Assembly (NCBI RefSeq): GCF_011745625.1
Contig: NW_027191454.1
Span: 124,001 to 188,000, forward strand
Length of the DNA stretch: 64,000 nucleotides
Direction of reading: 5' to 3'
Source of the DNA: Cladosporium halotolerans
Lineage: Eukaryota
Each line of letters begins with the position of its first letter. Position 1 is the stretch's first letter. The translations under genes and the position numbers were made by a program. This document shows, piece after piece, positions 41,201 through 52,911 of the stretch. The notes beneath the pieces were generated by a model. It worked only from the letters and a program-made list of their open reading frames with translations. It did no database searches and had not been told where the DNA came from.

Positions 41201-42697
41201 TCACTCCGCACTAACGCCCACCCACCGTCTAGGCACGCCTCCCTTCCCAGCAACGACGCCCTCGCTCTCCGCGCCGCCCTGCCTCGGCGGCAACCAGATG
41301 CGCGCGCGGCCGGACTCCAGCTTGCCCTCGCGGCGCATGTTCATCTCGAGCACGACGACGCGCAGGAAGTCGCTGTTCTCGCGGGGTTCGCGCTGGCGCA
41401 TGGCGGCCGCGTTGACCGCAGCGGCCGCGTCGTCGTCTGAGCAAGCGCCGCCGCCGCGAGTCTTGCTGCTGCCGCTGCTGCGGCGCGAGCGCGTGTAAGT
41501 CTGCATCTGGATGGTCGGGGAGTCGTTTGCGCCGGGCAGGAGTTGTTCTGCGAGGTAGGGCGCGTGGAGGGCCTGTTGGAAGGGCGCTTCTTGCTCTTCG
41601 AAGGTGAGGGGCGTGGGGTTGAGGTAGCGGCGCTGCGCGGAGGTCGGGGTGCCCTTGTAGTCGGGGCGGATTTCGGGGCTGAAGCGCGGGAAGAGGAAGG
41701 GGTGGGACCAGAGGACTTCGTCGGAGAGGGGGGAGATGATGGTTTCGGAGCGGCGGGCGCGGAGGTTGGGTGCGGAGGCGGTCTTGCGCGGGGCGAAGGG
41801 TGAGAGGGCGGCGGCTTTGAGGGCTTGGAGGGAGGTGGTGAGGTTGGATTTGAAGGAGGATTTGGATTTGGAGGCCGCGGTGGTGGGTTGGATGGGGCTG
41901 AAGTCGAGAGCGTCGTCGTCCTCGGCGGTTGTGGTTGTGATTAATGGGTGGTTTCCGACGCAGTTCTCGCGCACTGGCTGCGATCGTGGGGTCTCTTTTC
42001 GGATGTTCATGCTGGACTTGCGACTGCGGATAGATTCCGGCGTTGCTGGACTACCGAAAGAGAGGAGCGAACGGTCGTCTGCCTCTAGTGAAGGGATGGA
42101 ATCGCTAGAGGCTGACCGTTCGTACTCTGGACGGCTATACCGGCTTGATTGCCAGGATGGCGACCGCGATTCGTCTGATTCATCGGCGCGATCCAAGAGT
42201 ATGCTGAGAGGGCTGCTGTCGTAACTCCTCCCGAGGCTGTCGTCGCTCCTCCACTGGTTGACAAGCTCATCGATGGAGATTTGGCGCTTGTCTGTGTTGC
42301 GCTTCCTGGTCTGTCTCGGGCGGCGGGGTATGGTGGTCATGGCCAGCAGCGCAGCGACAGAAGGTGACAGCGCTTCCGGACGGTGCCGTGAGGGCGAAGC
42401 CTCACTTCTCCTCGCAGTGCCAGACGTCCTGCCTTTGCCATAACCGACGGTCTTTGCGCCACAGGATCGCGCCCTCTCCGGCGAGGGGACGTCTACTGGT
42501 TGACTCCGAGGTCTCATGGTGTCGTGTGATGTTTGTGGAGGTGTGCGAGGTCTTGTCAAGGCATGCGCCTGTTCCTTGGCGTTGGATAGTGTGTCGGTGT
42601 TGTTGTGCGTTGGTTTGCGGTGCGTAGTCTTCTTATCGCTCACGGCAGGCGGAGGAGCAGCAGGAGAAGAGTACTTGAACGAACGAGCGACCAGCAT
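41201..42697 (-). CDS. Conserved-looking fungal hypothetical protein (Ser/Pro-rich), 498 aa
   Basis: Long intronless ORF with ordered blocks SVAALLAMTTIP, KSSFKSNLTTSLQALK, RRYLNP and REPRENSDFLRVVVLEMNMRREGKL..GRARIWLPPR. Alternative start at 42517. Confidence 0.85.
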   Translation of the reverse strand: MLVARSFKYSSPAAPPPAVSDKKTTHRKPTHNNTDTLSNAKEQAHALTRPRTPPQTSHDTMRPRSQPVDVPSPERARSCGAKTVGYGKGRTSGTARRSEASPSRHRPEALSPSVAALLAMTTIPRRPRQTRKRNTDKRQISIDELVNQWRSDDSLGRSYDSSPLSILLDRADESDESRSPSWQSSRYSRPEYERSASSDSIPSLEADDRSLLSFGSPATPESIRSRKSSMNIRKETPRSQPVRENCVGNHPLITTTTAEDDDALDFSPIQPTTAASKSKSSFKSNLTTSLQALKAAALSPFAPRKTASAPNLRARRSETIISPLSDEVLWSHPFLFPRFSPEIRPDYKGTPTSAQRRYLNPTPLTFEEQEAPFQQALHAPYLAEQLLPGANDSPTIQMQTYTRSRRSSGSSKTRGGGACSDDDAAAAVNAAAMRQREPRENSDFLRVVVLEMNMRREGKLESGRARIWLPPRQGGAESEGVVAGKGGVPRRWVGVSAE

Positions 42698-45600
42698 GTC
42701 GTTGCTGACAATGGCATGAATGCGGATGGATGTGTGTGAGTCGACCGTGCGGCGGCAGTGGAGGGTCGTTAGTCAAGGATACGGCCCAGGGCGGTCCCAC
42801 GAGAGCCGTTTGCCAGGGTGCGGTAGCGCGTGTCGTCTCTGCGCAAGTCCACTTCGTCGCGGTCGCTGCGCAAGGCGCGACTTCTAGAATGATGCACAGG
42901 CCGGTTCCTGCAGCGTTTGCGAGGGAGTTTGCGCAAGCCGAGGGACAGCCGGTGGGCTGCTGGATCTCGCTGGCTGGCTAGGCTGTGACGTTGTCCAGCT
43001 AGCAGCGGGCCGGGCGTTTCTATGCCGTAACAGAGCAGGCTTGTTGCGTAAAGGCGGACGGCAGGGTCCTTCGGTCGCGTGCGAGGCGGTCCGTTCGCGG
43101 TAAGGCCGGGATGGAGTGCCGCGTGGAAATGGCAGCGGTGGTGGTGAGGATGTCGGAGAGTGAGTGGTTGCTGGGAGGAGGCGAGGTAAGGTTGGCTGGG
43201 CGGCAGGCTGGCTATACACTGCGGATGACGAGGTGTGCAGGAGAGTGACGGGCAGCGATAACAGAGGCACGGGCGGGCACTGGCGGGCTCTGGCCGTGAC
43301 GCAGGCGTGGCCGGGCAGAGTCACGTCGCGGTGTCAGCGGCTCGGCGTCCGAGGGGCGCGGTGGCACTGGCTCACACTGCGTACGATGCCGGGCGCTGGC
43401 TGGCAGTCGGTGCTAGCGTAGTGAGGTGAGGCCACCGGCACGGCGACGCTACTGTGCTGGCGTCGCTGCTCCTCGGCCAGCCATGCGCGTGGGGGGCGTC
43501 GGTCATCCAGCGCTCGCGGCCCCGTGGTTGGCCCAGTGGCTGCCCACGATAAGGCGATGCGGTGCCCAAACCGCGCAGTCAGACCGGCTGTCCCTCGTCC
43601 CTCGTGAGCCATGTCCGCAACAGGTCACCCTGTCTGCCGGCCGTCTCACTCGCCTGCGGCGCAACACGCGCATATGCACCTGCACACGCGTCCGCGGCTC
43701 TCCTATCAGCCACTCCCGCATTACATACATGTCAACAGTAACAACTCCTGCCCTCCCGTTTCCTCGACTCCCCTCCGCAACCATCGCTTCACCCGCCATC
43801 GCTCCATGAGACACCACGCTGCGGCCTGCCGCTTCCAGCCTGGCGCCGCGCTGCTCGTGTTGCGCCGGCGCGCGGTCCGCCTTCTAGCCGAAGCCTAGAA
43901 AGAAAAAGAATGCGCGACGCTAGATCCGACTGCCGGGTTGCCGCGTCGGCGTGCAATTTTGCAAAGGCCATGCCAGCCCGTGCGGGCAGGGCGTCGCCGC
44001 GAGAGGCAAAGCGCTGGGCTCCGCCGGCTGCTCGCAGCGCGCACAGGTGCTACGTTGCAGAATCGTTGCAGAGACAAACCGGCGGTCTACGGCGCAATCG
44101 TCGGGTCGGCCTCGTCGGGCTGCCCAGCCTCATGCGCTGGGCGTTGATCAGGCCGACGCCGAGCGTCGCGCGAGACCCGACAAGGCCTCCCTGACTGATA
44201 GCAGCAGATTGCGGCACCTGGACTATGATACCCTTTCGGGTGCTGCATCTGCCCTCACACCTTTCCCCAACACCATCGGCGCCGTCGCCTGCACCCCAGC
44301 GTCCACGCCGTCATGAAGGAGCTCCTGCTACCGTCGCATCGGGCTGGGATGTGTGTGGGAAGGATCTGGCTCCGCGCGAGCCGCGCCTCGCGTGAGGCTG
44401 TATGCAAGCGAACGAGCGCCTGTGAGTGGTCAGAGATACGCTTATGCTGGATACGGTTGCCTGAGAGGTTTAGACGTGGTTAGGCCGAACCTTATATGGA
44501 GCGAACGTTGCCAGACGTGGGAGGTGGGCTGGGAGTGAATTCAGGCCGAAGCGTGTTGATAATGTGCCTAATTGGGGGCTGTCATCGCGTTGATCGCTTC
44601 GTGACGTCTCCGAGGGTGTTTGTTGCGTGACTTCAAGCAATCGAGTAATGCCCGTATATATCGTTTCTCATGCCATAACAATTACTTGTTCCCCTGACAT
44701 CTCGTCTCGGAGCGGCTCGTTCGTCCAGCCAGCCAGACCCAGCTACAACACAGCACCCTACCTATACACTACCCACACCATCGCCATCCCACGCTATCCT
44801 CCACCGCTATACACGCACGCCCATTCCCAATGCCCATCCCGAACAAAAGCCCAGACCCATCCCATCCCAGCGCAACCCAACAAAAAAAAAAAGACCCTCC
44901 CCATCGACCAAAACACACCGCTCCCGGCCAACTCATCCCTCCCCCACAAGCCCCCAGTGGATCCCCATCTCCCAAAAACACCAATCCACAAACTCCACCG
45001 CCGCAGACCCTGACAATCATCTCACCACTGACCCTGCTGGATCACCGTGCGTGGCTTGGAACAACCTAACAGTAAACTACCCTCAAACACGCGCGGCCGG
45101 CCTGGACCACCCAATCCACGCTGCGAAGTGCAAAGCGCTGCACGAGCACCTTCCCACTTCGGCGCGTGCGCGTCGCCTTGGCAGGACACTCAGCTGGACT
45201 GCGAGCACGCTAGATGCTTAAGCGAACGACGCAGCAGATCCTACCACCTGCCTTTAAAGGCCGCCGCCCCGAGTCTGCAAGCTCGACAAGCGAGCGAAGC
45301 GCGTCGAGTTTCACGTGCTGCGAGCAAGACGTGACGCTCGCGGACCGGAAGCGAGGACAGGAGCGCGAACTCGTTGGGGGAGGCGGATGGGTGGCTCGGC
45401 TTTGGCCTCCACCTGTCTGTTGACTGTGGTGGGGAAGGCAAACAGTGCGCGGCGGCTGTGTTACGAGTTCGCTGTGGAGCCGATGTACGGGAGTGGGAGT
45501 AGTGGCAAGATGGGCGCGACTTGGGGGATCAGCGAGGGCTGGTTGGCTGGGGTCGAGAGCATGTTGCTGCTACAGGCCGAGGCGGGCTATGCCAGGCCAA

Positions 45601-46227
45601 CATCGATGTCAACCGAACTGCAAGTCGTGCTTCAAGGGGTACCTCAGGTCGAGCATGCCGTGTGGCTGTAGGCATGTCGCGCGGTCCCAACGGTGAGTCG
45701 AGTTGCTGGTCTTCGATCATTGGGTCATGTTTAAGCACGCAAGCGCAGCAGACGATACTGCTGAGGTATGTCACTTGAAGCAGGAATGAGAGAAATGAAA
45801 GACACACACAGTATTTTTCGTGAACTTCGTCGAATTTTTGCTCATTACGAATGCCCGCCCAAAAGAGATCCCAAATTTTCCCACCGCAAGTCCCGTTGCC
45901 CAAGTTTGCTGTCTTTTCGATCAAAGAGATGGGGAACAGTGGTGCTTGCTAATGTATACAGCGCAAGCCGAGAGCGTATCAGTCAGCGAGAAGAGAAAAA
46001 AAAAAAGAGCCCCTGATACCGCCGCGTGATTTCAGCAGAACCACTACAGAACCGGGCGAAAAACAAATCGATCCTGAATGAACGCCCAAAGCCCTGCTCG
46101 CGTTACGCAATCCAGCATGAAGTAGGGAAAACAGCCGTCCAGAAGAAGGAAAAAGGGAAAACGATGCAGCCGGCTGGCCCCTCAGCCGGCGTACATCGAA
46201 CGATGACCCGGGGCCCATCACAGCTCA

Positions 46228-48714
46228 TCAGTAAACCTCGCCAACATCGCCATCATCCGTCCACCCCGCCTCGCTCCCCTCGACCTCCTCATACACATCT
46301 CTGCTCTTCTTGCCCATCCCGCCCTTGGGGTACGGGCTCTGCATCGAGCGCTTGGCCGAGCCGCCGCCGACGAAGATCGGGCCGCGCGCCGCCTGCTGTT
46401 GCTGCTGCATGGCGCGCTTCCGGGCGTAATACGCCTCGGTGGCGTCGGCCTCCTCCGCGTCCGACGCGTCCGTGTACGTCTCCCAGTTCTCGCTGCCGGA
46501 GCCCGTGACGACGGAGGACGTGTTGCTGGACGCGCGCGAGGGCGGCGCCATCGGGTAGTGCGCCTGGCGGCTGCTGGGCGGGCGGGCGTAGCTGGAGCGC
46601 GAGGAGTCGGAGACGAAGGACTCGTGGGAGACGGCGGCGCGCGGGAAGGTGGGGCGGGGAGGGGGGCCCATGGTTGAGGTGGAGAGGTAGGAGCGGTGGA
46701 AGGCGGAGTCGTCGTAAGGGTCTTCGAGGGCGGAGTGCCGGACGATGCTGGCGCTGCGCTCGGGTTCGAAGGAGTCGTGGTGGCCCATCGATGTTGGGGT
46801 GGGAGGGGCCATGAGGTCTTTCATCTTTGGGGGAGGGACGCGAGGAGGCGCGCATTGGCCGCGGATGGTGGCGCTGAAGTCTTCGGTGCTCTTGGGACCG
46901 TGGGCGGAGCGTATCTTGCGTTCGGGGGAGTTGGGTCCGTCGCGGAGGTTGCCCATGGGGAGGCGAGAGCCGCCGGGGATCTTGGTTGGTGATGTGAGTT
47001 GGGGCAAGGCACTGTTGCTGCGAGAGTGACCCTTGCCGGCAGAAGGCTTGCCAGAAGCGCCCATGACTGACGAACCCATAGCAGAGCCCATAACGGAAGA
47101 GCCAAACGTAGACTGCGAGAACGGGTTGGTCGAGCCAGCAGTGGGAGTCTTGCTGCGAGTTGGAGGGCGCTGAGCGGTGTTGGCTCTGCTCCGCGAAGGA
47201 GGTGCCTGACCTCTGGTGGCGCTCTTCGCTCCGTCGCGGCTGGGAGGCAAGGCGTTCGGCGTCTTGCTCCTGGGAGGGGCAGCTCTAGCGGAGTTCGCAT
47301 CGAGCTCGTCAAGATATCTCTGGCCGTGGACGCAGAACGGACGGCCGTACTCGTCCTCCCAGCTCTCAAGGGTCTTGCGAAGATCCGCCTCGACCTTGGG
47401 CAACTCCTTGGTGATACGCTTGCGCTGCTTCTCCTCACGCAGCAGCTTGCCGGGGTCGCGCCTCTCACCCTTCTGACCCTTGGCCATCAGTCTTGAAGCA
47501 TCTTGACTGCTCTTCTCGAGATCCTCACGGTCCTTGATGAGGCTCCTGTGTCTGTCGACAGCAGCAAGGATCGGCGCACGCTGCTCCTTCAAAACCTCCA
47601 GGCGAGCAATCTCTTGCTCGTGCGCCGAAAGCAACGCGTCCGAGAAGACATCCGAAAAGGCCGGTGTGAACTCAAGCATTTCCTCTTCTGCAAAGTAAAG
47701 ACTGTCCCAGAGCTCTTGCAACTTGAACCTCGCATCTTCAACGAAGAGATGCAGGTTCTGACGCTTGAGCTCATTGAGTCGCGACAGCTCATCCTCGAAC
47801 TCGTTGATCTGGCGAAGCCCGCAGCCGCGGTTGGAAGCAAGAAACTGTTTGCGCTCGGCTTCTTCGACGCCAAGACGGTCCCAAAGGGCCTCGACGGCGA
47901 CCTTCAGGTCCTTGAGCTTGCGCTCTCTGGCGGACTTCTCAGAGATGAGCTTGTCCCTCTTAGCGGCCAGGCGCTTGAGGTCTTCCTGGTGGAGGCCGAG
48001 CTGCTCTGGTGCCTCGCGCGCAAACTGAACAATGCGACTGTCGACTTGCGCTTGTGGTGTTCCGAGCTCCGACCAAAGGCTGATGATGTCGTCCGAGGTC
48101 TGCTGCACTGTCGCGAGGCGCTTGTTGTATTCCTCATAAACGCGGGAGAACTCGGTGTCCAACGATTGGACGTACTTCGGACCCAAGCTGAAGCTGGGAG
48201 CCAGCTTGGAGTTGGGGTCGGTAGGCGGCAGCTTGACCTTCAAGAATGAGGGTTCCAGGTGTGATGCGTATGATTCCAGAGCCTCGGCCAATTTCTTGAC
48301 CTGCTCGTAGCGCTCGCGGTGGAGCTTGGCGACTGTGTGGTGCTTCTCTTTCAAGCCTTGTATGCATGCGAGGAGGGGGAATGTGACCTCTTGCTCGGCT
48401 TCATACTCGTCTTCTGGCTTTGTGTCGTCTATCGACCGCTCCATCTGGCGGATTGTGTTGATGAGGCGTCTCGCCTCTTCCGTAAGATCATGTTTCTCTT
48501 TTGCAACGTGATTGAGCTGATTGTGTAGTGTTTCTGAGAGGGCGGCGAATAACTGTAAAGCATTAGTCGTTTGATCGACGTTTGGATGGTCTAGAGTACC
48601 CACCTCTGATTCGCGCGAGTCGCGCTCATGTGTAGGTACGCCGATTTCATCGAAGAAGCTGTGTAGGCGCTCGATGATGGTGGTGACCTGCTGGGACAGG
48701 TAACTGGTATCCAT
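46228..48714 (-). CDS. ASE1: Microtubule-bundling protein Ase1/PRC1/MAP65
   Basis: MDTSYLSQQV...coiled coils...ELSRLNELKRQNLHLFVEDAR..LQELWDSLYF..SSQDASRL..RDPGKLLREEK.RKRI.KELPK. One in-frame 51-nt intron 48553-48603. Confidence 0.95.
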   Translation of the reverse strand: MDTSYLSQQVTTIIERLHSFFDEIGVPTHERDSRESEVGTLDHPNVDQTTNALQLFAALSETLHNQLNHVAKEKHDLTEEARRLINTIRQMERSIDDTKPEDEYEAEQEVTFPLLACIQGLKEKHHTVAKLHRERYEQVKKLAEALESYASHLEPSFLKVKLPPTDPNSKLAPSFSLGPKYVQSLDTEFSRVYEEYNKRLATVQQTSDDIISLWSELGTPQAQVDSRIVQFAREAPEQLGLHQEDLKRLAAKRDKLISEKSARERKLKDLKVAVEALWDRLGVEEAERKQFLASNRGCGLRQINEFEDELSRLNELKRQNLHLFVEDARFKLQELWDSLYFAEEEMLEFTPAFSDVFSDALLSAHEQEIARLEVLKEQRAPILAAVDRHRSLIKDREDLEKSSQDASRLMAKGQKGERRDPGKLLREEKQRKRITKELPKVEADLRKTLESWEDEYGRPFCVHGQRYLDELDANSARAAPPRSKTPNALPPSRDGAKSATRGQAPPSRSRANTAQRPPTRSKTPTAGSTNPFSQSTFGSSVMGSAMGSSVMGASGKPSAGKGHSRSNSALPQLTSPTKIPGGSRLPMGNLRDGPNSPERKIRSAHGPKSTEDFSATIRGQCAPPRVPPPKMKDLMAPPTPTSMGHHDSFEPERSASIVRHSALEDPYDDSAFHRSYLSTSTMGPPPRPTFPRAAVSHESFVSDSSRSSYARPPSSRQAHYPMAPPSRASSNTSSVVTGSGSENWETYTDASDAEEADATEAYYARKRAMQQQQQAARGPIFVGGGSAKRSMQSPYPKGGMGKKSRDVYEEVEGSEAGWTDDGDVGEVY

Positions 48715-49098
48715 GATGATCGCAAGGCTGCCAGCAGCGAAGTCGGTGTCTCAATGGACCATCCACCGGAAAGCTGCCGGCAAGGAATGCGGAGGGTGGA
48801 AGACAGCGAAGCGCGAGCGTGTTGACGCCGCTTTAACTAGCTGTTTGCAATGGTGCTGCTGCAAGGGTGCGCAGTCGAACGAATGTTTACAAGCGAATGC
48901 GGGCGTGTGGAGAGAGGAGGGATGGTGCTTGCGACTGATCGTGGAGTGTTTCGTGGAGGTAATGGTAATCGTGTTTTGAGTCGGGCGCAATCGAGACATG
49001 ATGCTCAGCTGGTCCCAGCCTTGGGGCCGCCGTTGCTGTGTTGGGCGCGGGTGTTGCTATGCCACCAGTGCTTCAAGTTTCGGGAGAAGCGATTAGTC

Positions 49099-49110
49099 TT
49101 AGGGTTAGGG
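49099..49110 (+). repeat. Interstitial telomere-like (TTAGGG)2 in the divergent ASE1/heme oxygenase promoter
   Basis: ttagggttaggg seen directly. Confidence 0.7.
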
Positions 49111-49406
49111 TTTACGATGGCGAACCTAGAGCGCACATGGCAAAGCTTGGCTTGAGATCTGCGGGGAGTGATGGCATCACGATAGCGTCTTGGGGCAGAA
49201 TCCGGGTGACTGGTCTTGTCGGTAAGTATCTGATCGCGTGCGCAACTCGCCTGCAACGTTCACGCGCGCCAGCGATATCACCCGACAACACGTCCACATG
49301 TTTGCTCACGGTTGAACACTGCCGCGCGCAAACATGGCTCATAATTTTGTTTGTGACGATCTTCTTTTCCGCTCGCATTAACATCCTGTCTACATCATAG
49401 AATACC

Positions 49407-50306
49407 ATGGCTACCACCGCGACCGATCTCTTGCCCACGCCTTCAGTGACCCCTCCACTGCAAGCCGAGGCTCAAATGCTCCCTGCACAGATCAACACTG
49501 CGACCAGAAAGCAGCACACTGAGCTGAATCGTTTGATCATCGAGCGACTCCCCCTTGCCCTCCCACCTCGCGCGACAAACCCAAAGGCATACGCTCTTGG
49601 AATCGCCGCGTTCGCTCAGATCTTCCTAGCCTTCGAACAGGCCTTCGACGACCTGCAGCATGAGTCGCACGAAGCCCTCACCCCAGACGAGCCCCACCAA
49701 AGGGAATTGAAAGCATGGATCTCCGACCTGCGACCGGCCGGTCTAAAACGCTCTCCACGCCTCAAGCGCGACCTACAGTACTTGCCCGAGCTTGATCGCG
49801 CCAACTTCTCCCAATTCGACGATGAGACTCAAGAACGCATTCGCTCGCTCGCCGCCGCCAAGCCGCATACCCTCGTCGCCTACACCTGGGTCATGTACAT
49901 GGCCATCTTCTCCGGCGGTCGGTGGATCCGCGAGCAGCTCGCAAGCGCCAAACCCGAGTTCTGGACTGCACATACCAACGCTGGACCCGCGATGGCCGAG
50001 AAGACGCCGCTTGGAATGCCCGGCTTCTCCTTCCTGTCTTTCGACGGCGAGGAGGACGGTGAGGATCTGAAGACGGAGTACAAGAGGAGGCTTGCGGAGG
50101 GGGATGATCTGCTGAATGTCCAGGAGCGGCAGGATATAGTTGAGGCTTCGCAGGAGCTGTTCGAGATCTGCATTTCAATCGTCAAGAAGCTGGACCTTGA
50201 GATTCGCCGGCAGGAGATTGCAAGCCGCTTGATGTCTGCGGGCTTGGTCGTCTTTGTGGTCATTTGCGCATGGGTTTGGTATCGTCTGCGGGGATGGGCT
50301 TCCTAA
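49407..50306 (+). CDS. HMX1: Heme oxygenase-like protein with C-terminal membrane anchor
   Basis: INTATRKQHTELN (proximal His), AYTWVMYMAIFSGGRWIR (distal helix) and a C-terminal TM. Confidence 0.88.
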   Translation: MATTATDLLPTPSVTPPLQAEAQMLPAQINTATRKQHTELNRLIIERLPLALPPRATNPKAYALGIAAFAQIFLAFEQAFDDLQHESHEALTPDEPHQRELKAWISDLRPAGLKRSPRLKRDLQYLPELDRANFSQFDDETQERIRSLAAAKPHTLVAYTWVMYMAIFSGGRWIREQLASAKPEFWTAHTNAGPAMAEKTPLGMPGFSFLSFDGEEDGEDLKTEYKRRLAEGDDLLNVQERQDIVEASQELFEICISIVKKLDLEIRRQEIASRLMSAGLVVFVVICAWVWYRLRGWAS

Positions 50307-50555
50307 TCGTTTGGAGGGGGTTGCGCAGGCTCTCACCATGTACGCACACGCAAGTCATCATCAGCAGGATTGTTTTTGGATCAGGGCATGAAGCATAAGG
50401 ATTGACTGATGGCAGGATTGATTCAGTTTTGATACCCTAGTACAGCACGCCCGGTGAAGTACACCGAGCAGACAGAACAGCGAAGCGAGCATTGCAAAGA
50501 AACCCAAGCATAGAGACATTCTAGATACTCTTCCACGTTCTTCGTTGAGATCAGA

Positions 50556-51383
50556 TCACTTTCTCGAGCTGACCCCAGAGGCCGAGAGATCGCCTCTGGC
50601 TCTCCTGCGCCTCAGACGAGGCTTCTCTGAAGACAATGTCTCCGGAACGATGACCTTCACACGCACTATGTGCATGGCCTGTGACTGTCCAGCAGGACCA
50701 GCGCGGCTGCTTGTCACATTCTTCGGGTTCTCCATGCGCGCGTTTCCGCTCTTAACCTTCGGTTCAGCAACCATGACGCTCTCGCTCCTTGGAGGCCTGC
50801 GATCACTCGCAGTGTCAGGCAGAACCTGCACGCGCACCTTTGCCGGAGCCCGCACCTTCTCGGCTCTACCAGCCTTCGCAGCACTATCCCTAGACATATC
50901 CTTCGCAGAATCCACACGAGGTAGCGTCACACTCTCAGACCCCACCCGCCCTTCCCTCTCACCTTCTCTCCCACCCGCACCCTCCCGCCGCCTCTCAACC
51001 GGCCACTCTCTCCTCGACGGCACATGATCCGACCTCTTCAGCACCCGCATACGGCTCTTCCCATCGTCATCAAGACCCTTCCCCTCCTTCGGCACACGGC
51101 GAAGCCGCGCAACCTGCTCCGCGCTCACGCTGTGGTGGAGGTCCTGCGAATCAGCCTCCCAGCGCGAATCGGTGACCGCATAGGAGCTCAGGGGCTTGGG
51201 GTCAGGGCGAATGGTGACTTTGGGAAACTGGCCGAGGGTTGGGGAGGATGGTCTATGCGAGAGGGTGCGGGTGTTGGAGGGGACGGCGTCGTCGGAGGGG
51301 AAGAATTGGTCCCAGTAGCTGGATGCGATGCTGAGGTCTGAAGGGGTTGGGGAGGGCGGGGATCGGACGCTGTGTCTGGGCAT
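50556..51383 (-). CDS. Hypothetical low-complexity basic protein
   Basis: ATG 51383 in CACCATG context, ~275-aa ORF (MPRHSVRSPPSPTPSD...). No domain recognised. Confidence 0.5.
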   Translation of the reverse strand: MPRHSVRSPPSPTPSDLSIASSYWDQFFPSDDAVPSNTRTLSHRPSSPTLGQFPKVTIRPDPKPLSSYAVTDSRWEADSQDLHHSVSAEQVARLRRVPKEGKGLDDDGKSRMRVLKRSDHVPSRREWPVERRREGAGGREGEREGRVGSESVTLPRVDSAKDMSRDSAAKAGRAEKVRAPAKVRVQVLPDTASDRRPPRSESVMVAEPKVKSGNARMENPKNVTSSRAGPAGQSQAMHIVRVKVIVPETLSSEKPRLRRRRARGDLSASGVSSRK

Positions 51384-52089
51384 GGTGATTTTAGTGGGCT
51401 GCGTTGTGTGGTTGTGATCGTTCGGTTGTCGTCGGGCCGGGTGAAGTGGGAGCCTAGAGGATGATTGGAAGGGGGTTGAATAAATGAGGGCTGGGTAAGT
51501 GTCGTGTTGACAAAGACATTGTGAAGGGGAGAGCGTTGGAGACAATGAATTAAAGTGAATTTGGAGTTGACGCCGTTGCGTTTAGAGGCCCTAAACTGTC
51601 GGTGATTATACATGTCGTAAATGTGATTTGCCTAAATTACATTGCGCGTGGTCCTATGACGGCTGCAAGCCTGTGACGGATTCCTGTCGTCTTCTTCGAA
51701 TATATATTATACATGGCAGCTCGACCGATCCTTCAGGGCCAGTTGAGGACGCCTTTGTTCTGGCGAGGGTGCTTTATTGTTGCTCGCGCTTTGCTTTGTC
51801 CGCCAAGAGCCTCACCATGCCCAGGAGGCCACTTCGCCGCGTGACTTGCCATTGCGAGGCCCATGAGGTGTCCTGTGAGTTGGGTGCAGCCTTTGCGGCC
51901 CGATATGGGGGAGAGTCGCTTTGGACTTTCTGCTTTCATGGAAGCAACTCCAGGTCGAACGACGATGATGTTATCGGGCTGAACCTGTGCCTACAGCCCG
52001 ACGCAGAGCGTATACCGACTGTGCTGCTTGAAACCCGAAATAGTCGACGTAATCTGCGAATAAATCTAGAGAAGCGTGGCATTGAGATA

Positions 52090-52911
52090 TCATTTCTCAG
52101 GTCTCTCCTTCTCGCTTGGCTCGCTCGTCTGCGCATTCTTCAACGCCGCAATTTTGTCGTCCAGCACGGCAATCTCCACATTGACCTTAAGCAATCTCTC
52201 CTCGAGGATTTCGGTGTATTCCTCATCGGTAAGGTGGCTCATGACTCCGAGGTTGGCCATCGACTGCCAGAAGCCTTTTGGTTTGTCATCAGTCTTGGCC
52301 GGCGCAGGCGTTGCCGTCCATCGATTGTAGATAGCCTGCCCTGCGTACCCAAAGAATGCCATGCAGAGAGCTCCGGGAACTACACTCCGACGACCACGGA
52401 AGATAAGACCAGAAGCGCCACCGCTGAATCCGCCCGCCAGTGCGCTAGCTTTTGTTCGGTCACTGGATGTCAAATTGCCGGTGTCCCATGCTTCGAGGAC
52501 CAGACTTCTAGAGGCCCAGAACGAGGTCCCAAGGACGGAGCATTGTATGCCCGATGCCAATGCAAAGATTCCGGGACTAATGCTTTTGAGAATGCCCGCC
52601 GTGCCACCAACGAGGAATCCAGCTCCGCCTGCGGTGATCGATCAGTCTCTGTTTGACGATATGAGGAAGCATGTTCAGAGCTATCATGGATGCATTGATT
52701 GTCACAAGCCATTTTCTTGCATCTTCTTGGGCATTTCTCCAAGATTTTTCCGTTTGTTGCTCATCCAGGGGTGGCAATTCGATGTCTCGCAGTATAGTAG
52801 GGGCGACAAGAGAAACTCACCAGAGAATGCGCCGACCTTGAGGGCCGGCCCTATCACCGCGAGAAGCGGATCATCGGTGGGCTTCCTCGGGGTGTTCAAG
52901 GGCGCTGACAT
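52090..52911 (-). CDS. Tim17/Tim22/Tim23-like mitochondrial inner-membrane protein, 2 exons
   Basis: PALKVGAFSG, intron 52629-52820, then GFLVGGTAGIL..SGIQCSVLGTSFW..ALAGGFSGG..RGRRSVVPG. Four Gly-rich TMs and a C-terminal coiled coil (HLTDEEYTEILEERLL). Confidence 0.8.

Noticed and set aside
49099..49110. Telomerase RNA template candidate (CCCTAACCCTAA on the minus strand)
   Set aside because: Only ~385 bp before the ASE1 start, too little room for a 1.5-2 kb Pezizomycotina TER. Better read as a promoter telobox.
51628..52656. 342-aa plus-strand ORF
   Set aside because: Mostly antisense to the Tim17-family gene, with a TTG start and no domain.
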